A stretch of 62,991 nt of DNA, the filler included, from Licmophora abbreviata (Eukaryota): NCBI GenBank assembly GCA_900291995.1. It is 17 parts of 17 records of this genome, joined end to end, with 100 filler letters (N's around TTAATTAATTAA, not from the genome) between each part and the next. Parts side by side here need not be neighbours in the genome. Positions count along the whole stretch, not along the records: positions 51,958 to 57,655 come from OLMU01001060.1; positions 57,756 to 59,979 come from OLMU01001063.1; positions 60,080 to 61,413 come from OLMU01001064.1; positions 61,514 to 62,991 come from OLMU01001066.1; 13 more parts are not named here. The stretch is one strand, 5' to 3'. The position numbers and the translations under genes are program-made. The notes under the pieces are model-generated. The model was given only the letters and a program-made list of their open reading frames with translations. It searched no databases and was not told the origin of the DNA. How positions within the stretch are numbered: the first letter of the stretch is position 1; every line of letters starts with the position of its first letter. Shown here one piece after another: positions 52,860 through 62,991 of this stretch.

Positions 52860-54215
52860 TCAAGCGCTGCGCACCGGTTCCCGCATGGTTACGATTTCTT
52901 CGGCCATCGTGGGGTGTACCGCGACGGTCCGGTCGAAATCCTCTTTGGTTGCACCCATTTTGACGGCGATCCCCGCCAGTTGGATCATTTCTCCTGCCCC
53001 GGGCGCGACGATATGACAGCCCAGAACCCGCCGGGTTTCCTGACTGACGATCAATTTCATCAAGACGCGGTCTTCACGTCCTGCGAACGCCTGCTGCATG
53101 GGTTTGAACGAGGTGCAATAGACCTCGATCGGTTCCTGATCGCGGGCCTCTTCCTCGCTCAGGCCGATGGTGCCGAATTCGGGCTGGGTGAAGATCGCCG
53201 TGGGGATCAGCGCGTGATCCACCGGGGTGGGGTTGCCGTTGAACACCGTTTCCACAAAGGCCATGCCCTCGCGGATGGCCACGGGGGTCAGGTTCACGCG
53301 GTCGGTCACGTCGCCGATGGCATAGATCGACGGCACCGAGGTCTGGCTGTAGGCGTCCACCTCGATAGCGCCATTGCGGCCCAGTCTGACGCCCGTGCGC
53401 TCCAGCCCCAGTTCGGGGGTATTGGGCGCGCGGCCGGTGGCGAACATCACCTGATCGAACTGTTTCTCGTCGCCATTGGTGGATTTGACGCGGAAGCCGT
53501 GGTCCAGTTTTTCCATCTCGATGATATTGGTGCCCAGATGCAGCCCCACGCCGTTGCGGATCATCTCTTCGGAAATCAGGCCGCGCGCCTCTTCGTCGAA
53601 GCCGCGCAGGATTTGCGCGCCACGGTAATATTGCGTCACCTCGACGCCCAGACCGTTCAGGATGCAGGCGAATTCACAGGCGATATAGCCGCCGCCGATG
53701 ATGAGCATCGAGCGGGGCAATTCATCGAGATGGAAAATCTCGTTGCTGGTCAGCGCATGTTCGGCACCGGGCAGATCGGGCAGCACCGGCCAGCCGCCGG
53801 TGGCGATCAGGATATGTTTCGCGGTCTTCGTGCCGCCCGAGGCCAGCTCGACCGTGTGGGCGTCGGCCACCGAGGCGCGGGTGTCGAAGGTCTCGACCCC
53901 GCTATTGGCCAGCAAGCGGCGATAGACCCCTTCGAGCCGGTCCAGTTCGGCATGCAGCTTGCCACGAAACGCGGGCCAGTCGAAGCCGCCGGCATGGACG
54001 GTCCAGCCATAGGCCTGCGCATCGGCGATCTGGCCGGGATATTCGCTGGCGAACACCATCAGCTTCTTGGGCACGCAGCCGCGCTGCACACAGGTGCCGC
54101 CATAGCGGTCTTCCTCGGCCAGGGCCACCTTGGCGCCGCCCTGCGCCGCGACACGCGCCGCGCGCACGCCGCCCGAGCCGCCGCCGATCACGAAAAGGTC
54201 GTAGTCGAAAGTCAT
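52860..54215 (-). CDS. gor: Glutathione-disulfide reductase
   Basis: GGGSGG, GGTCVQRGCVPKK, VAVHPTMAEE. Confidence 0.95.
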   Translation of the reverse strand: MTFDYDLFVIGGGSGGVRAARVAAQGGAKVALAEEDRYGGTCVQRGCVPKKLMVFASEYPGQIADAQAYGWTVHAGGFDWPAFRGKLHAELDRLEGVYRRLLANSGVETFDTRASVADAHTVELASGGTKTAKHILIATGGWPVLPDLPGAEHALTSNEIFHLDELPRSMLIIGGGYIACEFACILNGLGVEVTQYYRGAQILRGFDEEARGLISEEMIRNGVGLHLGTNIIEMEKLDHGFRVKSTNGDEKQFDQVMFATGRAPNTPELGLERTGVRLGRNGAIEVDAYSQTSVPSIYAIGDVTDRVNLTPVAIREGMAFVETVFNGNPTPVDHALIPTAIFTQPEFGTIGLSEEEARDQEPIEVYCTSFKPMQQAFAGREDRVLMKLIVSQETRRVLGCHIVAPGAGEMIQLAGIAVKMGATKEDFDRTVAVHPTMAEEIVTMREPVRSA

Positions 54216-54240
54216 GGTCTGCCCTTATTCGGTGTTGGGT

Positions 54241-55029
54241 TCAGTCCTGCAGATCGGAAAACAGATTGTCGGATTCAAGAAAATCCAGACGATCCTCGGC
54301 CACCGTGCCTTCGTTGATGTCGCGGGTTTCCACCCGGCCATCGCCATAGCCCACGATCACGATATCACAGATGTCGATGAACAGCCCGTTTTCCACCACG
54401 CCGGGCATCTGGTTGAGCACCATGGCAAGCTGATTGGGCTTGCCGATCCGGCCCAGATGCAGATCGAGAATGTAATTCCCTTCATCGGTGACGAAAGGCC
54501 GGTCGCCATTCATCCGCAGGGTCGCGTCACGGCCCAGCACATCCATCGAGATCAGCATCTCTTCGACCAGCGACTTGGTGGTTTCCCAGCCGAAGGGGAT
54601 CACCTCGATCGGGAGGGGGAAGGCGCCGAGGGTCTCGACTTCCTTGCCGACATCGGCGATCACGATCATCTGGTCGCTGGCGGTGGCCACGATCTTTTCC
54701 TGCAAGAGCGCGCCGCCGCCGCCCTTTATCAGGTTGAGGCTGGCGTCGAATTCATCGGCGCCGTCGATGGTCAGGTCCAGCCAGCGCGCCTCGTCGAGGC
54801 TGATGACCTCGATGCCGACCTCGCGGGCAAGATCGGCGGTGCGGGTCGATGTGGGCACGCCCTTGATCTTCAGCCCGTCCTCGCGCACCAGCTCGCCCAG
54901 ACAGCGCACCATCCAGGCGGCGGTCGATCCTGTACCCAGCCCGACGCGCATCCCGTCCTCGACATAGTCCACGGAACGTTTGGCGGCGACGAACTTGGCC
55001 TTGTCGATGGGCGACAATTCTCCGGTCAT
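54241..55029 (-). CDS. rpiA: Ribose-5-phosphate isomerase A
   Basis: GLGTGST, DGADE, KGGGGALLQEK, GVVENGLF. Confidence 0.96.
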   Translation of the reverse strand: MTGELSPIDKAKFVAAKRSVDYVEDGMRVGLGTGSTAAWMVRCLGELVREDGLKIKGVPTSTRTADLAREVGIEVISLDEARWLDLTIDGADEFDASLNLIKGGGGALLQEKIVATASDQMIVIADVGKEVETLGAFPLPIEVIPFGWETTKSLVEEMLISMDVLGRDATLRMNGDRPFVTDEGNYILDLHLGRIGKPNQLAMVLNQMPGVVENGLFIDICDIVIVGYGDGRVETRDINEGTVAEDRLDFLESDNLFSDLQD

Positions 55030-55250
55030 GGCAGTGCTCCCCACAGGTTTCGGGGTGTTTATAGGGAAGTTGCGCGCCGGGTGCGAGGGGCAATGACCAC
55101 GATCGGACACCGGAAAACCGGGTGATCGGGGGGCAATCGCTTGCGACAGCGATTGGCGGGGCGTTCGAGGCGCCCTGCACCGTCGCAGCAGCGTCACGGT
55201 CATGTCGGTTTCGGGCTGGCGCGGGGTGGGGCGAACGCTAGGGTGCGGGC

Positions 55251-55955
55251 ATGACACAGACCTATCGTTTGCATTACGCGCCCGACAACGCCTCGCTCAT
55301 CATCCGGCTCGCTCTGGAAGAACTGGGCGTGCCCTATGATACCGCGCTGGTCGACCGCGCCGCACGGGCGCAGCGCGCGCCCGATTACCTGCGGCTCAAT
55401 CCTATGGGGCTGATCCCGGTGCTGGAAACGCCCGATGGCCCGATTTTCGAGACCGGTGCGATCCTGCTGTGGCTGGCCGACCGACATGGCGCCTTGATTC
55501 CCGGCCCCGATGCACCGGGGCGGGGGGCTGCGCTCAAATGGCTGTTCTTCGTGTCCAACACCCTGCACCCCGCCTTGCGCATGACGTTTTATCCCGACGC
55601 CTATACCGACGGCGACGCGGATGAACAGGCCCGGCTGCGCGCCCATGCGCAGGCCCGCATCAAAGGGCATCTGGACAAGCTGGATGTGGCGGCGGGCGAT
55701 CATCCCGATCTGTTCAACGGGGACAGGCCGGGGATCATTGCGCTTTATCTTGGTCCGATCCTGCGCTGGATGGCGCTTTATCCGGAGGATCATACCGGGT
55801 GGTTCGATCTTTATGACTGGCCGCGCCTGCGGGCGCTGGCGCTTGGGCTGGAGCGCCGCACCAGCACAGCCGCCGCCATCCGGGCCGAAGGGCTGGGGCC
55901 GCACCCCTTCAGTGATCCGCAACCCGCCGATCCGCCCGAAGGCAGCGCCACCTGA
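55251..55955 (+). CDS. Glutathione S-transferase family protein
   Basis: LNPMGLIPVL..FETGAILLWLAD. Confidence 0.9.
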   Translation: MTQTYRLHYAPDNASLIIRLALEELGVPYDTALVDRAARAQRAPDYLRLNPMGLIPVLETPDGPIFETGAILLWLADRHGALIPGPDAPGRGAALKWLFFVSNTLHPALRMTFYPDAYTDGDADEQARLRAHAQARIKGHLDKLDVAAGDHPDLFNGDRPGIIALYLGPILRWMALYPEDHTGWFDLYDWPRLRALALGLERRTSTAAAIRAEGLGPHPFSDPQPADPPEGSAT

Positions 55956-56144
55956 CCGGGTGCTGCGCGGTTGAATTTCGGGCAGGGGCGTTAAAATCTG
56001 GGCCGCGCATCGCTACATGAGAGGGATTGGCGCAGATTTGGACGCTTCGGTCGCTTTTGCGCGCGGCGCGGCCTACGCTTCGGGTCATAGAGAGATCGGC
56101 GTCGCTCCAAAGGGCCGCCCGGCACATAGCGCAGGAAGGATCAC

Positions 56145-57518
56145 ATGTTTCTGTCCGTATTCGAGATGTTCAAGGTCGGGATCGGGCCGTCCTCGTCGCA
56201 TACGATGGGGCCGATGGTGGCTGCCGCGCGCTTTCTGGACAAGATGCGCGCCGCCCCCTTCGAGGCGCATGGCCTGCGCGGGTCGCTGCATGGCTCGCTG
56301 GCTTTCACCGGGGTGGGCCATGCCACCGACCGGGCCACGATCCTTGGGCTGGCGGGGTTCCGCCCCGACGATTACGACCACGACAAGGCCGAAGCCGTGC
56401 TTGAGCAGATCCGCGAGACGCATACGCTGCGCCCACCGGGGCTTCCGGAGCTGGCCTTTCATCCCAAGGACGATCTGATCTTCGATTTCGGCCCCAACCT
56501 GCCGGGCCATGCCAACGGGACGATCCTGATGGCCACGGATGCGCAGGGCGATGTGATCCTGCAGGAGACCTATTATTCTATCGGCGGCGGTTTCGTGATG
56601 ACCGAGGGCGAACTGGCCCAAGGGCGCAATACCGACGAGGGTGATCCCGTCCCCTATCCGTTCAAATCCGCTGCCGAGATGCTGGACATGGCGGATCGCT
56701 CGGGCAAGTCCATCGCGCAGATGAAGAAGGCCAACGAGATTTCGCGTGGTGGGCCGGAAAACCTGCGCTCGGGTGTGGCGCGGCTGTGGCAGGTGATGGA
56801 CGACTGCATCGAACGCGGCATGCAGACCGATGGCGAATTGCCCGGTGGGCTGCGGGTGCGCCGCCGCGCCAAGGGGATTCGCGATGCGCTGCTGGCCGAA
56901 CGCGGCACCAACTTGCAGGCGCCGCACAAGATCAACGACTGGATCAGCCTGTATGCCATGGCGGTGAACGAGGAAAACGCCGCCGGCGGGCAGGTGGTGA
57001 CCGCGCCCACCAATGGCGCCGCAGGCGTTGTGCCCGCCGTCATCAAATACTGGCTCGAGCATGTGCCCGGCGCCTCGGAGGCGCAGATCGAGGATTTTCT
57101 TCTGACCGCCGCCGCGATTGGCGGGCTGGTGAAGTACAACGCGTCAATTTCGGGCGCCGAGGCTGGCTGTCAGGCCGAGGTGGGCAGCGCCGCGGCGATG
57201 GGCGCCGCCGGACTGGCCGCCGTGCTGGGCGGCACGCCCGCGCAGATCGAGAACGCCGCCGAGATCGCGCTGGAGCATCACCTTGGGATGACATGCGATC
57301 CGGTCAAGGGGCTGGTGCAGGTGCCTTGCATCGAACGCAACGGGCTGGGCGCGATCAAGGCGGTGTCGGCGGCCTCGCTCGCGCTGCGCGGCGATGGCAC
57401 GCATCTGGTGCCGCTTGATGCCTGTATCGAAACCATGCGCCAGACCGGTGTGGACATGAGCGAGAAATACAAGGAAACCTCGCTTGGGGGGCTGGCCGTC
57501 AACGTGCCCAACTGCTGA
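56145..57518 (+). CDS. sdaA: L-serine ammonia-lyase (Fe-S)
   Basis: [42 protein letters not shown]. Confidence 0.96.
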   Translation: MFLSVFEMFKVGIGPSSSHTMGPMVAAARFLDKMRAAPFEAHGLRGSLHGSLAFTGVGHATDRATILGLAGFRPDDYDHDKAEAVLEQIRETHTLRPPGLPELAFHPKDDLIFDFGPNLPGHANGTILMATDAQGDVILQETYYSIGGGFVMTEGELAQGRNTDEGDPVPYPFKSAAEMLDMADRSGKSIAQMKKANEISRGGPENLRSGVARLWQVMDDCIERGMQTDGELPGGLRVRRRAKGIRDALLAERGTNLQAPHKINDWISLYAMAVNEENAAGGQVVTAPTNGAAGVVPAVIKYWLEHVPGASEAQIEDFLLTAAAIGGLVKYNASISGAEAGCQAEVGSAAAMGAAGLAAVLGGTPAQIENAAEIALEHHLGMTCDPVKGLVQVPCIERNGLGAIKAVSAASLALRGDGTHLVPLDACIETMRQTGVDMSEKYKETSLGGLAVNVPNC

Positions 57519-57548
57519 AGGACCGTGCCCCGGTTTGACAGGCTGACG

Positions 57549-57655
57549 TCACAGATCGGGCCAGACCGCGCGCGATGACAAAAGCGCATCGGCGGCGCGT
57601 TCCATCATCGTCTGGGGCAGGATCACCAGCATCTTGGGCGCGGTGATCGACAGGG
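57549..57655 (-). CDS. C-terminal fragment of a gene lost in the gap, possibly thiamine diphosphokinase
   Basis: Reads LSITAPKMLVILPQTMMERAADALLSSRAVWPDL-stop; identity suggested only by weak resemblance and neighbourhood. Confidence 0.3.
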
Positions 57656-57755
57656 NNNNNNNNNNNNNNNNNNNNNNNNNNNNNNNNNNNNNNNNNNNNT
57701 TAATTAATTAANNNNNNNNNNNNNNNNNNNNNNNNNNNNNNNNNNNNNNNNNNNN

Positions 57756-58232
57756 AACGCGCAGACCCATCTGGATCAGATCGTCCACCTCGGCAGCTAT
57801 GCGCGCGAGGCGCTGATGACGGTCCCCGAACCCTCCCGCGTGCTGTTGAGCGCTCATGACGCGTTCGGCTATTTCGGCCGCGCCTATGGGTTCGAGGTGA
57901 TCGGCATTCAGGGCATCTCGACCGAATCCGAGGCCGGCCTGAACCGCATCGGCACGCTTGTCGATCTGCTGGTCACCCGCGATATCCGCGCGGTCTTCGT
58001 CGAAACCTCGGTCTCGGATCGCAACATGCGCGCCCTGATCGAAGGCGCCGCCGCGCGTGGTCACACGGTCGCCATCGGCGGCGAGCTGTTCTCGGACGCG
58101 ATGGGACCGCCCGACACCTATGAAGGCACCTATATGGGCATGATCGACCACAACGCCACCACGATCGCCTCGGCGCTCGGCGGCACGGCTCCCGCCCGTG
58201 GCATGGACGGCAAGCTGAGCGCGGGGCTCTAG
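57756..58232 (+). CDS. Mn/Zn ABC transporter substrate-binding protein, C-terminal part
   Basis: AHDAFGYFGRAYG, FVETSV, GELFSDAMG. Confidence 0.9.
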   Translation, partial: NAQTHLDQIVHLGSYAREALMTVPEPSRVLLSAHDAFGYFGRAYGFEVIGIQGISTESEAGLNRIGTLVDLLVTRDIRAVFVETSVSDRNMRALIEGAAARGHTVAIGGELFSDAMGPPDTYEGTYMGMIDHNATTIASALGGTAPARGMDGKLSAGL

Positions 58233-58235
58233 GCC

Positions 58236-59033
58236 ATGCAGCTTGAACTCGCCCGCCTCGACGGTCAGGCGCCGGGCACCGCCACCACGCCACAGGACAG
58301 TCCCCTGGCTATTCGCGGGCTGACCGTCTCCTATGGCGAAAAACCGGCGGTCTTCTCGGTCGATGCCACGTTCCGGCCCGGCTCGATGACGGCGATCATC
58401 GGCCCCAACGGGGCGGGCAAATCCACGCTGCTCAAATCCGCCCTCGGCATCGTGACGCCGCTTTCGGGTCAGGTGACCTCTTGGGGCCGCCCCCTGAACA
58501 GCCAGCGCCACCGCATCGCCTATGTGCCGCAACGCGCCAGCGTCGACTGGGATTTTCCCACCAATGTACTCGATGTGGTGCTGATGGGGCTTTACCGTGA
58601 TCTGGGGCTTCTCGGCCGGGTCCGCACGCGGCATCTGGAAAAGGCCATGTCGTGCCTCTCGCGTGTCGGCATGGAAGGCTTCGCCGACCGCCAGATCGGC
58701 CAGCTTTCGGGCGGTCAGCAACAGCGGGTCTTCCTCGCCCGTGCGCTCGCCCAGGGCGCCGATCTCTACCTTCTCGATGAACCGCTCGCCGGGGTCGACG
58801 CGGCCACTGAGAAAGCCATCATCGCGGTTCTCAAGGAGCTGCGCGCCTCCGGCTGCACGGTGATCGCCGTGCATCACGATCTGGCCACCGTGACCGACTA
58901 TTTCGATCACGTGTTCCTCATCAACACCACCGCCATCGCCGCAGGCCCCGTGCCCGAGGCCTTCACCGTCGCCAACCTGCACCGCGCCTATGGCGGCCGG
59001 CTGGCGCAGACCCCTGTCGGACCCGTCGCATGA
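58236..59033 (+). CDS. Mn/Zn ABC transporter ATP-binding protein
   Basis: GPNGAGKST, YVPQR, LSGGQQQR, LLDEP, VHHDL. Confidence 0.93.
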   Translation: MQLELARLDGQAPGTATTPQDSPLAIRGLTVSYGEKPAVFSVDATFRPGSMTAIIGPNGAGKSTLLKSALGIVTPLSGQVTSWGRPLNSQRHRIAYVPQRASVDWDFPTNVLDVVLMGLYRDLGLLGRVRTRHLEKAMSCLSRVGMEGFADRQIGQLSGGQQQRVFLARALAQGADLYLLDEPLAGVDAATEKAIIAVLKELRASGCTVIAVHHDLATVTDYFDHVFLINTTAIAAGPVPEAFTVANLHRAYGGRLAQTPVGPVA

Positions 59034-59067
59034 CCGGCGCAACCATCTCCAACCCGGGCGTTTCCCG

Positions 59068-59117
59068 TTTCTTCTGGCTGCAAATATCCCGGGGAGCGCG
59101 AGGGGCTGGCCCCTCGC
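59068..59117. repeat. REP-like unit inside the ABC operon
   Basis: TTTCTTCTGGCTGCAAATATCCCGGGGAGCGCGAGGGGCTGGCCCCTCGC, similar to 48821-48867. Confidence 0.65.
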
Positions 59118-59145
59118 TTCCCCGCCGCTCACCCCGCCGCACGGA

Positions 59146-60438
59146 ATGCTGATCGACGCTCTGACCCTGCAACTGGGCTACAATGCCAGCCTCGTGGCCA
59201 TTGGCGCGGGGCTGCTGGGCATTGCCGCCGGCGCCACCGGCACGTTTCTGTTCCTCGGCAAGCGCGCCCTCGTGAGCGATGCGGTCAGCCATGCGACCCT
59301 GCCCGGCGTGGGGCTTGCCTTCATCCTCATGGTGGCCCTTGGCGGGGACGGGCGCAATCTGCCGGGGCTTCTGGCGGGCTCGGCGCTGTCGGCGGGCCTG
59401 GGGCTGTTATGCGTGAGCTGGCTCACCCGGCGCACCCGGCTCAGCGCGGACGCGGCCATCGGGGCGGTGCTGTCGGTGTTCTTCGGCGCGGGCGTGGTGC
59501 TGCTCACGGTGATCCAGACGATGAGCGGCGGGCGGCAGGCGGGGCTGGATTCCTTCCTGCTGGGCTCGACCGCGGGAATGCTGCGCTCTGACGCGCTGAT
59601 CATCGCCCTCGGGGGCGCGCTGGTGCTCGCTGCGGTGCTGGTGCTGCGCCGGCCCATGGCCCTTGTGGCCTTCGACGCCGAGTTCGCGGCGGCACAGGGC
59701 ATGAATGTCAAACGCATCGATCTTGCGATGATGGGTCTTGCCATGGCGATCACCGTGGTGGGTCTCAAGATGGTCGGGCTCATTCTGATCGTGGCGCTGC
59801 TCATCATCCCGCCGGTGGCTGCGCGCTTCTGGTCCGACCGGGTGGACCGCGTGGTGCTGCTCGCCGGTGCGTTCGGCGGTCTGTCGGGCTATGTCGGCGC
59901 GGCGATCTCGGCCACGGCGCCTGACCTGCCCACGGGGCCCATCATCGTGCTCGTGGCCTTCGGGCTTTTTGCGCTCTCGNNNNNNNNNNNNNNNNNNNNN
60001 NNNNNNNNNNNNNNNNNNNNNNNTTAATTAATTAANNNNNNNNNNNNNNNNNNNNNNNNNNNNNNNNNNNNNNNNNNNNCCGCCCCCGGCCGGGGTGTTC
60101 TGGCCGCTGTGCTGCGCCATCGCCGCTTCCAGACGCGGGTGCATCTGCGCCAGGGGCTTCTGGCGCTGGCGCAGGGCCAGCCGATCTATGAACCCCTGAC
60201 ACTGCGCCTGATGCGGCGCGCGGGCTATGTCCGCGCCGATGGTGTCGCGACCGAGGCGGGCCGCGCAAAGGCCACCCGCGCCGCACTCGACGAGCGCCGC
60301 TGGCAGATGCTGCGCGGCGATCCCCGGCATGAGGCCGCCGCCGCCCGCTATGACGGGCTGACCCCGTTGGAGCGTGTCCTCACCGCCGACCAGATCACTG
60401 AACTGGATCGCGGTCTTGGTCCCGAGGCGGCGCGCTGA
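59146..60438 (+). CDS. Mn/Zn ABC permease with soluble C-terminal extension, split by gap
   Basis: ALVSDAVSHATLPG, AFDAEFA, LPTGPIIV; C-terminal part at 60080-60438. Confidence 0.85.
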
Positions 60439-61364
60439 TGGGCGCGGAATTCGTCTCGCTCTCGCTGACGCCGATGCTGATCGGCATCTGCGCGGCCATT
60501 GCCTGCGCCTTGCCGGGCAATTTCCTGCTGCTGCGCGGGCAGGCCCTGATCGGCGATGCGATCAGCCATGTGGTCCTTCCGGGGATCGTGTTGGCCTTTC
60601 TGGTGACCGGCACGGTGGCGGCCTGGCCGATGATGCTGGGCGCAGGTGCTGCGGCCCTTGTCGCGGTGCTGCTGATCGAGGCGATCCGCCGCCTTGGCCG
60701 GATCGAGCCGGGTGCGGCGATGGGTGTGGTGTTCACCGCGATGTTCGCCGGTGGCGTGCTGCTACTGGAGCAAAGCGATACGTCACAGGTGCATCTTGAT
60801 GTGCAGCACGCGCTTTACGGCAATCTGGAAAGCCTGATCTGGCTCGATGCGACGGGCTGGTCGTCGCTCACCGATCCCGAGGCGCTGCGCGCCCTGCCGC
60901 CGGAATTGCCACGGATCGTGGCGACGCTGGGCTTCGTCATGCTGTTCACCGCCATTCTGTGGCGACCGCTGAAATTGTCGACCTTCGACGAGGGTTTCGC
61001 CCGCACGCTTGGCCTTCCGATCCGGGCCTTGAGCCTTGGGCTGGTGATCGTCGCGGCCATCGCGGCGGTGGCGGCCTTCGATGCGGTGGGTTCGATCATC
61101 GTGATCGCGATGTTCATCTGTCCGCCCGCCGCCGCCCGGCTGATGACCGACCGGCTGGAAGCGCAGATCGGCTGGAGCGTGCTGTTCGCGGCTCTGTCGG
61201 CGGTGCTGGGCTATGTGCTGGCAGGCTACGGCCCGCTTTGGCTCGGCGGGCAGCACGCCATCAGCGCGGCGGGCATGATCGCCACGCTGTCGGGTGTCAT
61301 CCTCGGGCTGGCGGCCCTCTTCGGGCCGCATCGCCACCGTTCGGGCGCCCCGGCGGACGGCTGA
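60438..61364 (+). CDS. Mn/Zn ABC permease
   Basis: ALIGDAISHVVLPG, TFDEGFA, PPAAARL. Confidence 0.92.
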   Translation: MGAEFVSLSLTPMLIGICAAIACALPGNFLLLRGQALIGDAISHVVLPGIVLAFLVTGTVAAWPMMLGAGAAALVAVLLIEAIRRLGRIEPGAAMGVVFTAMFAGGVLLLEQSDTSQVHLDVQHALYGNLESLIWLDATGWSSLTDPEALRALPPELPRIVATLGFVMLFTAILWRPLKLSTFDEGFARTLGLPIRALSLGLVIVAAIAAVAAFDAVGSIIVIAMFICPPAAARLMTDRLEAQIGWSVLFAALSAVLGYVLAGYGPLWLGGQHAISAAGMIATLSGVILGLAALFGPHRHRSGAPADG

Positions 61365-61513
61365 GGCCGCGCGCGGCAGGCCGGCATTCCGCGCGCCTTT
61401 GGCAAGTGGTGGANNNNNNNNNNNNNNNNNNNNNNNNNNNNNNNNNNNNNNNNNNNNTTAATTAATTAANNNNNNNNNNNNNNNNNNNNNNNNNNNNNNN
61501 NNNNNNNNNNNNN

Positions 61514-61844
61514 CGTCGAATTTCGTCAGGCTCCAGAGCATCGTGCAGCGCGTGCCCGAGCGGCAATAGGCCAGGATCGGTCCCGGCATCTCGTCGAGGG
61601 CTGCGCGAAAGGCCTCGGCGGCGTCGGGTGTGACCATGCCCGATACGATCGGCACCCAGCGCATCTCGAGCCCGGCGGCGCGTGCCGCCTCGGCCACCTC
61701 GTCCTGCAGGGGCTGGCCGTAATCCTCGTGATCGGGGCGGTTGCACAGGATCGAGCGAAAGCCGGCGGCCTTGATCTCGGGGATGTCTTCGGGCGCGATC
61801 TGCGGGCTGACCGCGAAGTCTTCGGTGATGCTGCGTATATCCAT
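61514..61844 (-). CDS. TIGR01244 family sulfur transferase/phosphatase-like protein, 3' end in gap
   Basis: VSPQI, ILCNRPDHE, LAYCRSGTR. Confidence 0.88.
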
Positions 61845-61971
61845 CGCGCGTCCTCTCTGGCTGGCTGCTCCATATGCGCCCAGATCGCACGAAATTTCAA
61901 TGCTCCCCCGTCATTGACATTTTCTGGGCTTGCACCAAACCATGTCATGTCAATGACTTAAGGGAACGGTC

Positions 61972-62991
61972 ATGAGAGACGCCTGGGAATTCTGGATCGA
62001 TCGGGGCGGCACGTTCACCGATATTGTGGCGCTTGACCCGAAGGGTCGCGTGCGAACGCACAAGCTTCTGTACGAAAACCCCGATCGCTACCGCGATGCC
62101 GCCGTGCAGGGGATGCGCGAGATCATGGGCGTCAAGGGGCCGTTTCCCAAAGGCGCCATCCGCGCGGTGAAGATGGGCACCACCGTGGCCACCAACGCCT
62201 TGCTCGAGCGCAAGGGCGAGCGGGTTCTCTTGCTCATCACCAAGGGATTCCGCGACCTGCTGAAGATCGGCTATCAGGCCCGGCCACGGCTCTTCGATCT
62301 GCAGATCACCCGGCCCGATCTTCTGTATGAAGAGGTGGTCGAGATGGACGAGAGGCTGGATGCCGATGGTGCGGTGGTCCGGCCGCTTGACCTTGATGAG
62401 CTGCGCATCGCGCTGCACGCCGCATATGACCGGGGCATCCGCGCCGTAGCCATCGCCGGGCTGCACGCCTATCTCAACCCCGAGCATGAACGCCGCGCAG
62501 CCGATCTGGCCGCCGAGATCGGCTTCACCCAGATCACCGCCAGCCATCAGGTCAACCGGCTGGCCAAGCTGGTGGGCGGGGCGATACGGCGGTGGTCGAT
62601 GCCTATCTCTCGCCGATCTTGCGGCGCTATGTCGATCAGGTCGAGGAGGCCCTCGATCTGGGTCGCGCCTGCGAGGCGCTGTTGTTCATGCAATCCTCGG
62701 GCGGGCTGACCGATGCGCGGCTCTTTCAGGGCAAGGATGCCATCCTCAGCGGTCCGGCGGGGGGCATCGTGGGCATGGTCCGCACCGGGCAGGCGGCGGG
62801 GCATGAGCGGCTGATCGGCTTCGACATGGGCGGCACCAGCACCGATGTCAGCCATTATGCCGGCGATTACGAGCGCAGCTTCGACACCGAGGTGGCGGGC
62901 GTGCGCATGCGCGCGCCGATGATGGATATTCACACCGTTGCCGCCGGTGGCGGCAGCATCTGCAAATTCGAGGATGGCCGCTTTCAGGTTG
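61972..62991 (+). CDS. 5-oxoprolinase/hydantoinase (fused type), runs off the window; frameshift near 62577
   Basis: WIDRGGTFTD, MGTTVATNALLERKG; after the shift GDTAVVDAYLSP, SGPAGG, FDMGGTSTD, AAGGGS. Confidence 0.92.

Noticed and set aside
55956..56144. Glycine or other riboswitch upstream of sdaA
   Set aside because: Conserved glycine-riboswitch elements (GGAGA...CCGAAG...CTCTCAGG) were not found.
62570..62585. Frameshift in the oxoprolinase gene as programmed frameshifting or pseudogenisation
   Set aside because: One G missing in a G run (expected GRGDT); no slippery heptamer, so likely an error.

Overview
Draft-assembly window from a GC-rich alphaproteobacterium; gene content and order point to Rhodobacteraceae (Roseobacter group). 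Contigs are joined by an artificial N-TTAATTAATTAA-N linker that splits many genes. (1) 1-10511 is the right part of an integrative element ending in the 3' half of tRNA-Thr(CGT). It has a satellite/PICI-like core (tyrosine integrase, HTH excisionase, AEP primase-PriCT replication gene, iteron-like origin). Its cargo, visibly lower in GC, is a five-gene candidate anti-phage system: a C5 cytosine MTase (missed by the ORF track) divergent from a coupled operon of unknown REase-like protein, ParB-like protein, SNF2 helicase and DUF3883 nuclease. This is the best candidate for an undescribed system. (2) 10.5-17 kb holds a truncated TRAP permease and a collapsed flagellar cluster in which flgE is joined, with no gap, to the inverted 5' end of flagellin. 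(3) 17-63 kb is mostly core chromosome: ubiB/ubiE/mutM, rpsT, dnaA-dnaN-recF-gyrB, purH, dapB, rbfA, truB, degP, hflKC, gor, rpiA, sdaA, a Mn/Zn ABC transporter and an oxoprolinase. A DAB-type inorganic carbon pump with a LysR regulator sits right after gyrB. All assignments come from motifs and synteny read by eye; no database searches were run.
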